Assembly: GCA_965202985.1 (NCBI GenBank)
Contig: CBDBCF010000001.1
Location: 1,536,001 to 1,600,000, forward strand
DNA from: Longimicrobiales bacterium
Lineage (GTDB): Bacteria; Gemmatimonadota; Gemmatimonadetes; Longimicrobiales; Gaopeijiaceae
Length of the DNA stretch: 64,000 nt
Direction of reading: 5' to 3'
Under the pieces are notes generated by a model. The model made no database searches and had not been told where the DNA came from. It was given only the letters and a program-made list of their open reading frames with translations. The stretch's first letter is position 1; each line of letters begins with the position of its first letter. The position numbers were made by a program, and so were the translations under genes. This document shows positions 57,713 to 64,000 of this stretch, piece after piece.

Positions 57713-60127
57713 CTAGACGTGCGTGTCCAGCACGCCGTAGGGGCGGGGCCGGCCTTCCAGCTCCGCCAAGATCATGTCGGAGGTGAGCGGCGTTCGGCAC
57801 AGGCAGCGCCCCCCCATGGCGTCGGCGACAGCGCAAGCGTAGGCCGCCTCGCCCGCGCCCACGGGCGGTTCGCCGATCCCCTTGGCGCCCACCGGCGTCT
57901 GGGGGTCGGGCAGGTTCACCGCGGCGAAGCGAGGACTGCGCGGCACGTCCAGGATGCCCGGCGGGCGAGCCGTGTAGAAGCGCTTGGTGAAGGGAATGCC
58001 CCACTTGGGGTCGAACACCCAGCGCTGGCTCTTGGCCATGCCGATCCCCTGGAAGACGCCGCCGTTGGTCTGGGCCGCCAAGCTTCGGGGGTGCACCACG
58101 GTGCCGCAGTCCGCGGTCGAGGCCAGGTCCACGATCTCGACCTCGCCCGTCTCCACGTCCAGCTCCACTTCGCAGAAGCTGGCCACCCACGAGTAGGTGC
58201 TGCCCTCGCGGGGGTAGGTGTCCTTGGCGGCGGCCACCAGCCCCTGCCCCGCCAGCCCCGCCACGGCCGCCTTGGTGACCTGGTGCAGGTCCTCGTCCTC
58301 GTTGGCGGCCGGGGGCAGCACCTCGCCGCTGAACTTGCCGCCCCGCTCGATGGCGCGACGGGCCGCCCGCGCGAAGTCCATCCCCACCGACGGGTTGCCC
58401 GCCCGGTAGACGCGCCCGTCCGCCACACGGTAGTCGCCGGGCTCGCCGCCCAGCTCCGCCGCCGCCAGCTCGCGCAGCAGTTCGGCCAGGGCGTGGGCCG
58501 CAGCGTGGTTGGCCCGCGTGTGGGCGTGCGTGGTCTGGCTGCCGGCCTGCACGGTGCTGAACGGCAGGTGCTTGCTGGTGTCGCCCCAAACGACCACGAC
58601 CTGGTCCCAGGACAGGTCCAGCACTTGGGCCGCGGCGCGGGCCGTGTCGGCGATCGAGTGCGTGCCCAGGTTCCCGATGCCCTGGTGGACATAGAGCTTG
58701 CCGTCGGGGCGCACCACCAAGAGGCCGTCGCGCCCGGTGCTGCCAGCGGTGAAGGGGCTGATTCCGATCCCGACCCCGGTGACCTTGGCGCCCCGGCGAC
58801 GGCCCGACAGCTGCCGCTTCTCCGACCAGCCGAAGAGCTCGGCGCCCAAGTCCAGGGCTTCCCGCACGTAGGCGCTGCTGAACGGCGTCTGGTTGGGACC
58901 CAGCCAGCCGTCGTGGCCGGGCGCGTTCGCCTTGCGGATCTCCAGCCGGTCCACGTCCAGCTCGCGGGCGGCCTTGTCGACCAACGGCTCCAGCATGGCC
59001 ACGATCTGGGCGCCGCCGGGGGCCCGCTGGGCCGAGCGGGGCGGCGTGTTCGTGAACACGGGCACTCCCCGGAAGCGCATCGTCTCGGGCTGGTAGGCCG
59101 CGGTGGCCACGGCGCCGGCGGTCAAGAAGTCCGATGCGCCGTAAGGCCCGCTGTCCTGCACCAAGTACAGGTCCAGGGCCGTCATGCGCCCGTCGGCTCG
59201 GAACCCCATCCGCGCCCAGCCCTGCAAGCCGGCCCGCGCCCGGCCGATGTAGTTCTCCTCGTAGCGCGTGATCCGCAGCATGACCGGGCGGCCGATCTTG
59301 CGTGAGAGCGCCGCTGGCACCGCCATGATCGGCGCGCCGGAGATCTTGCTGCCGAAGCCGCCTCCGCAGAACTCGGCCACGATCACGACGTCTTCCGCGT
59401 CCATGTCCAGCATCCGCGCCACGGAAGGCCGCGTGCGCTCGGTGCTCTGCGTGGAGCCGTGCAGGTAGAGCTTGCCGTTCTGCCAGTACGCCATGCAGCT
59501 CCGGGGCTCCATGGGGTGGTGCGTGACCGACTGGTGCACGACCGTCTCCTCGACGGTCACGTCCGCTTCGGCGAAGCCCGCCTCGACATCGCCCACCGCC
59601 CACTCGCTGGTCGGCTCGCCCATGGGAAGCTTGTCCGGCCCGGCCGCCTGGAACACCGCCTCCGGCCATTTGAGCGTCTCAACCTCCCGGCCCCGGCGAA
59701 CGTTCCCGTCCAGTCGGGCGTCGGGGCCGTCGGGTCGCAGGCTGTCCAGGGGGTCCAGGACGAACGGGAGCGGTTCCAGCTCCACCTTGATCGCCTCGAC
59801 CGCGGCGGCGGCCGTGGTCTCGTCCACCGCGGCCACCGCCAGGATCGGCTCGCCCTCGTAAAGGGGCTCGTCGGTGAGTGCGCGTTCCTGTCCGGGGACG
59901 GCTTCGCCGGGAAGGTCCGACGCCCGGAGGATGCCCAGCACGCCCTCCATGGCCTCGGCGGCCCGGATGTCCACCCGCCGGACGCGGGCGTGGGGCATGG
60001 GGCTGGCCAGAAGCTTGGCGAAGACCATGCCCTCGGCGCGGAAGTCCTCCGCGTAGCGGGCTCGCCCGGTGATCTTGGCGTGCAGGTCCGGGGGAGCGAT
60101 GTCGGTGCCGATCACGTTTTCGGCCAT
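57713..60127 (-). CDS. Xanthine dehydrogenase-family molybdopterin-binding subunit
   Basis: KITGRARYAED..HPMEP..GGGFGSK..QRAPG..KGIGEPP. Confidence 0.92.
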   Translation of the reverse strand: MAENVIGTDIAPPDLHAKITGRARYAEDFRAEGMVFAKLLASPMPHARVRRVDIRAAEAMEGVLGILRASDLPGEAVPGQERALTDEPLYEGEPILAVAAVDETTAAAAVEAIKVELEPLPFVLDPLDSLRPDGPDARLDGNVRRGREVETLKWPEAVFQAAGPDKLPMGEPTSEWAVGDVEAGFAEADVTVEETVVHQSVTHHPMEPRSCMAYWQNGKLYLHGSTQSTERTRPSVARMLDMDAEDVVIVAEFCGGGFGSKISGAPIMAVPAALSRKIGRPVMLRITRYEENYIGRARAGLQGWARMGFRADGRMTALDLYLVQDSGPYGASDFLTAGAVATAAYQPETMRFRGVPVFTNTPPRSAQRAPGGAQIVAMLEPLVDKAARELDVDRLEIRKANAPGHDGWLGPNQTPFSSAYVREALDLGAELFGWSEKRQLSGRRRGAKVTGVGIGISPFTAGSTGRDGLLVVRPDGKLYVHQGIGNLGTHSIADTARAAAQVLDLSWDQVVVVWGDTSKHLPFSTVQAGSQTTHAHTRANHAAAHALAELLRELAAAELGGEPGDYRVADGRVYRAGNPSVGMDFARAARRAIERGGKFSGEVLPPAANEDEDLHQVTKAAVAGLAGQGLVAAAKDTYPREGSTYSWVASFCEVELDVETGEVEIVDLASTADCGTVVHPRSLAAQTNGGVFQGIGMAKSQRWVFDPKWGIPFTKRFYTARPPGILDVPRSPRFAAVNLPDPQTPVGAKGIGEPPVGAGEAAYACAVADAMGGRCLCRTPLTSDMILAELEGRPRPYGVLDTHV

Positions 60128-60143
60128 CAGTCGTCTCCTGGGT

Positions 60144-60773
60144 TCAGGCCCGGGCTCGGGACAGCTCGGCTGCCCGCATGGCCGTGTTCAGGATCTTGTC
60201 GTAGTCGCCGCAGCGGCAGAGGTTGCCCGACAGGAGTTCGGCGGCTTCTTCCCGCGACGGGTTCGGGTTCTTCTCCAGCATCGCCACCATGCTCATGGCG
60301 AAGCCGGGGGCGCAGAAGGCGCACTGGAAGCCGCCCTCGTCCAGGACCGCCTGCTGCACCGGATGCAGGCGGCCGTCCTGCTCCAGCCCCTCGACCGTGG
60401 CGACGGCCCGCCCGCGCACCGAGTGCGTCAGGATCGAGCAGCCGTAGTGGGCGACGCCGTCCAGAAGCACGGTGCAGGCCCCGCACTCCGCGCGGTCGCA
60501 CCCCAGCTTGGTGCCCGTCAGGCCGAGCTTGTAGCGGAGCGTCATGGCCAGCGTCTCCTGCTTCAGGACATCGACCCGGCGCGCCTGCCCGTTGACGTGA
60601 AGCGTCACCAGCCGCTCCACGGTTCCCTGCGCCGCGGGTCCGGCCAGCAGTCCGCCGCTCCGGAACAAGTAGCCCGACGCCGACACCGTGGCGCCAGCGG
60701 CGATCACGCCTTGGATGAACTTCCGGCGGGTGAAGCCGCCCCGCCTCGCCTCGATGGACCCCGCTTCCAGCAT
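60144..60773 (-). CDS. (2Fe-2S)-binding subunit with Tat signal (PaoA-like)
   Basis: TRRKFI Tat motif; GCDRAECGACT; QCAFCAPG; GNLCRC. Confidence 0.92.
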   Translation of the reverse strand: MLEAGSIEARRGGFTRRKFIQGVIAAGATVSASGYLFRSGGLLAGPAAQGTVERLVTLHVNGQARRVDVLKQETLAMTLRYKLGLTGTKLGCDRAECGACTVLLDGVAHYGCSILTHSVRGRAVATVEGLEQDGRLHPVQQAVLDEGGFQCAFCAPGFAMSMVAMLEKNPNPSREEAAELLSGNLCRCGDYDKILNTAMRAAELSRARA

Positions 60774-60852
60774 CGCTATCGCACCTCGCGGCTCGTGGGA
60801 CAAAGGGGAACTGGGCCAACATAGGCCCCGCCGGCGTCCTGCGCCAGAACGG

Positions 60853-61266
60853 TCACGCCCCCGGCCCGCTCGCCTCCGTCTCCACCAGGTACAGGACGGG
60901 ACCGTCGAAGGTGCGGCCCTTGGTCTTGACCTTGAACTCGTACCGGCCCGGCGCCGGGAACACCACGTCTTCCAGCGGCATCGCCAGGCGCGTTCGGGGC
61001 GGCGGACGCCCGGCGGGCCGGGGCGTCACGTCGGACTGGCCCTCCACCGTCAGCGCGGGCTTGCCGTTCGGTCCCGCCACGTCGACCCGGAAGGCGTATC
61101 GGCCCGAGTCGGCGGAGTCCCATTCGAGCACCAGCACCAGGAACATGCGGTCCTGGCGAGCCGGGAACCCCGCCGCGTACAGGTCGTGGAAGACGCCGTG
61201 CACGTCCAGCTTCCCCTCCGGCGTGGCTGTCGCGTGGTCGCAAAGCGCCGACGCCAGCAGCCTCAC
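60853..61266 (-). CDS. Hypothetical protein (DUF6941-like)
   Basis: LCDHA..GKLDVHGVF..FPAPGRYEF. Confidence 0.7.
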   Translation of the reverse strand: MRLLASALCDHATATPEGKLDVHGVFHDLYAAGFPARQDRMFLVLVLEWDSADSGRYAFRVDVAGPNGKPALTVEGQSDVTPRPAGRPPPRTRLAMPLEDVVFPAPGRYEFKVKTKGRTFDGPVLYLVETEASGPGA

Positions 61267-62984
61267 GGGGTTCGCCGCTCGGGCACGCCCCAGCCGCCGC
61301 CGCCCGGCGACCGCACGCTGACCACGTCTCCCGCCTCGACCTCGGTCGTGTCCTTGCCGCGAAGAGGCGTCTCGCGTCCGTCGGCCACCAGCACGTTCAG
61401 GCCGGGTTCGCCCGCAGCGCCCCCCCGTGCCCCCGACGGACCCTGCAGCCGGCGGTCCGAGAGAAGCGTGACCGAGGCGTCGGCCAAGAGCATGAGGTCG
61501 CGCCGAAGCCCTTCGCCGCCCGAGTGCAGACCCGCGCCCCCGCTGCCGCGACGGATCTCGTAGCGCGTCACACGGAAGGGGTACGAGTGCTCCAGCGCCT
61601 CCACGGGCGTGTTGAGGGAGTTGGACATGTGACAGTGGACGCCCGACAGTCCGGGACCCGACGGCCCGGCGCCCATTCCGCCGCCCACGGTCTCGTAGTA
61701 GGCGAACGGGGCGCCCGTTCGGGGGTCGACCCCGCCCATGGCCGTGTTGTTCATCGTGCCCTGGGACAGGGCGGGCATCAGTTCGGGCAGCGCCTGGGCA
61801 AAGGCGAGCATCAGGACGTCGGTGATCCGCTGGCTCGTCTCCACGTTCCCCGCGGCCACGGAGGCCGGCGGCGCCGCGTTCACCAGCGAACCCTCCGGCA
61901 GGCGCAGCTCCATCGCCTTCATGGAACCGCCGCCGGCGGGCAAGCTCTGGCACAGCAGGGCCTCGGCCACGCATCGCACCACGTAGCGCGCAGCGGAGGC
62001 CGTGATCGCCGCCACCGCGTTGACGCCGCCTCGGGCCTGGGGCGCAGTCCCCGCGAAGTCCACGACCAGCCGGTCGCCCCGAACGCGGAGCGCGGCCTGG
62101 ATCCGAAGAGGACCGGAGCCGAAGCCGTCGTCGTCCAAGTGGTCGGCGGCTTCGTAGTCGCCGTCCGGGATCTGCCGCGCGGCAGTCTCCACCAGGCGGT
62201 CGGCGTAGTCCACCAACGACTTCATCGCCGCGCGGGTCGCCGCCACCCCGCGAGCCGCCACGATCTCCAACAGGCGCGTGCGCCCCGCATGGAGCGCGGC
62301 CAGCTGGGCGTCCAGGTCGCCCGCCCGCTCGTCGGGCGTGCGCACGTTCGCGAGGACGGTTCGCCACAGGTCGTCGTCTCGGACCCCGCCCCGGTAGAGG
62401 CGAACCGGCGGAATGCGCAGCCCCTCCTGGTATATCTCGCGCGCCAGCGGCATCGAGCCCGGCGACATGCCCCCCACGTCGGAGTGGTGCGCGCGCGAGG
62501 CCACGAAGGCGATGGGGTCCGCGCCGGCGTCGCCCGCACTGGGGTTGCCCAAATCGCCGTCGCCTGGCCCGGGGCCGCCCCTCCCCGGGCCGTACACGGG
62601 GGCCAGCAGGGTCACGTCGGGCAGGTGGGTGCCGCCCTCGAAGGGGTCGTTCAGGCAGGCCACGTCGCCGGGCGCCAGCCGTCCCAGGGCCTTCAGGGCG
62701 GCGGTCACGCTCATGGGCATGGCGCCCAAGTGGACGGGCATGTGGTCGCCCAAGGCCACGGCCGTCCCCTCGGCGTCGAACAGCGCGCACGAGTAGTCCC
62801 GCCGCTCCTTGATGTTGGGCGAATACGAGGCGCGCTTGAGGGCGGCGCCCATCTCTTCCGCCAGCGCCGCGAACAGGTGGCCGAAGACCGCCAGCGCCAC
62901 CGAATCCACCTGCGGGTCGGCGGACTCGGCCGCAGCGCGGGCGGTGCCGGGGCGGGGCTTCTCGGGGGTCCGGTTCCTTGCCAC
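61263..62984 (-). CDS. Hydantoinase B / 5-oxoprolinase subunit
   Basis: AEEMG..SPNIKERRDYSCA..PVHLG..NDPFEGGTHLPD..YYETVGGG..NTPVE..PGGGGWG. Confidence 0.93.
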   Translation of the reverse strand: MARNRTPEKPRPGTARAAAESADPQVDSVALAVFGHLFAALAEEMGAALKRASYSPNIKERRDYSCALFDAEGTAVALGDHMPVHLGAMPMSVTAALKALGRLAPGDVACLNDPFEGGTHLPDVTLLAPVYGPGRGGPGPGDGDLGNPSAGDAGADPIAFVASRAHHSDVGGMSPGSMPLAREIYQEGLRIPPVRLYRGGVRDDDLWRTVLANVRTPDERAGDLDAQLAALHAGRTRLLEIVAARGVAATRAAMKSLVDYADRLVETAARQIPDGDYEAADHLDDDGFGSGPLRIQAALRVRGDRLVVDFAGTAPQARGGVNAVAAITASAARYVVRCVAEALLCQSLPAGGGSMKAMELRLPEGSLVNAAPPASVAAGNVETSQRITDVLMLAFAQALPELMPALSQGTMNNTAMGGVDPRTGAPFAYYETVGGGMGAGPSGPGLSGVHCHMSNSLNTPVEALEHSYPFRVTRYEIRRGSGGAGLHSGGEGLRRDLMLLADASVTLLSDRRLQGPSGARGGAAGEPGLNVLVADGRETPLRGKDTTEVEAGDVVSVRSPGGGGWGVPERRTP

Positions 62985-63090
62985 GAAACGAAGGCCTACC
63001 GTAGGTTGAGGGCTTGCCTGCGCCCGGAGTGCGACGCGAAGGTTGCGCGCCGGGGGCCGAAGTCACGCACCAATAACTCAAGGAGCAGCC

Positions 63091-63390
63091 ATGACAAAGC
63101 AAGAGCCCATGGAGCGCGCCCGCGACGAACTGTTCAGCCACATCCACCGTTGCGGGGTCCTGAAAGCGAACCCGAACGACCAGGACTCGTGGATGAACGA
63201 GACCATGGAGTACTTGGCGGAGCGATATCCCGACCTGGGAGAGAAGGACCTCTTTCAACTGAAGGCGGTCGGGATGCAGTTCTGCAAACCGGTCGTCTCC
63301 AGGCTCAAGCTCGACGAACCGGACGAGCCCGTCGCCGCGCTGGCCGGCGATGCGAGCGAAGAGCTCCTCGGGGTGGCGCAGGAGGCGTGA
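63091..63390 (+). CDS. Hypothetical protein
   Basis: AAGGAG RBS; MERARDELFSHIHRCGVL..W..ETMEYLAERYP. Confidence 0.75.
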   Translation: MTKQEPMERARDELFSHIHRCGVLKANPNDQDSWMNETMEYLAERYPDLGEKDLFQLKAVGMQFCKPVVSRLKLDEPDEPVAALAGDASEELLGVAQEA

Positions 63391-63394
63391 CGGC

Positions 63395-64000
63395 ATGACG
63401 ACGAGGCGCGACTGCGCGACGAAGACCGGCGACGCGACGGACCCGACCACGCGACGCGACTTTCTCAAGACTTCGGCCAGCGTCGGCGTCGGCGCGGCCG
63501 TGGGGGGCCTCGGGGCCGCCCGACCCTTGGCCGGCGCGCCCGCCGTGCGGACCAGCGCGACGCCTCCGGTCTCGGTCGCGAGCCGCAACGGCCTGGAGTC
63601 GGTTGCAACGGCCGTGAGCGTCGTCGAGTCCGGCGGCGACACGCTGGAAGCGGTCGTCCAAGGCGTGAACCTGGTGGAGCGCGACCCGGAAGATCGGTCC
63701 GTCGGCTACGGCGGGTTGCCGAACCTGGACGGAGTGGTCCAGCTGGACTCGTCGGTCATGCACGGCCCCAGCCGGGGCGCCGGGGCGGTCGCGTGCCTGG
63801 AGGGGATCAAGATGCCCTCGCGGGTGGCGATGGACGTGATGCGCCACACGGACCACGTCCTCTTGGTCGGCCAAGGCGCCCAGCGGTTCGCTGTGTCGAT
63901 GGGCCACCGGCTGGAGGACCTGCTCACGGAGGAGTCGCGGCTGCGGTGGATCGACTGGCGGGCCCGCCTGAGCGACAAGGACGACTACCTGTCGCCGGGC
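63395..64000 (+). CDS. N4-(beta-N-acetylglucosaminyl)-L-asparaginase family (Ntn hydrolase) with Tat signal; runs off the right edge
   Basis: Manual translation: TRRDFLK..VERDPEDRSVGYGGLPNLDGVVQLDSSVMHG..GAVACLEGIK..HVLLVGQGA. Confidence 0.88.
   Translation, partial: MTTRRDCATKTGDATDPTTRRDFLKTSASVGVGAAVGGLGAARPLAGAPAVRTSATPPVSVASRNGLESVATAVSVVESGGDTLEAVVQGVNLVERDPEDRSVGYGGLPNLDGVVQLDSSVMHGPSRGAGAVACLEGIKMPSRVAMDVMRHTDHVLLVGQGAQRFAVSMGHRLEDLLTEESRLRWIDWRARLSDKDDYLSPG

Noticed and set aside
1..64000. CRISPR array, tRNA/rRNA, integron attC array, prophage or integrase
   Set aside because: No regularly spaced repeats, cloverleaf-like sequences, recombinase or phage genes were recognised by eye; small RNAs could have been missed.

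Overview
GC-rich bacterial chromosome segment. By inference from gene content (many GxxGEGPGEF beta-propeller proteins, carboxypeptidase-regulatory-like and PIG-L/NEW3 proteins, AAA-PD-(D/E)xK ATPase, several RM systems) it resembles a host- or sponge-associated Gemmatimonadota genome. Housekeeping blocks are tdh/mazG/qor, queE, a gyrA/parC paralogue, a paaABCD-like cluster, pfkA, a nucleoside-type ABC transporter, an NSS transporter, an aconitase-family fusion, a PaoABC-like molybdoenzyme with cytochrome b, hydantoinase B and glycosylasparaginase. AT-richer accessory cassettes are inserted between them. The most notable is an ~8.4 kb defence island (34.7-43.2 kb) bracketed by two diverged copies of the 3' end of a lipoprotein gene. 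It carries an ABC-ATPase/TOPRIM pair, nested IS elements, a beta-class DNA MTase with a deleted BglII-like REase, and two translationally coupled unknown genes with RNxxxH (HEPN) motifs; the second aligns by eye with the eukaryotic IRE1/RNase L KEN ribonuclease domain. Other observations: a 38-bp palindromic motif present twice, a SpoIIM/DUF95-M48 peptidase fusion, an AraC/Cys-rich peptide/beta-propeller cassette and a C19 tract upstream of an RM operon. No rRNA, tRNA or CRISPR array was recognised. All family calls come from motif recognition by eye; no database searches were run.
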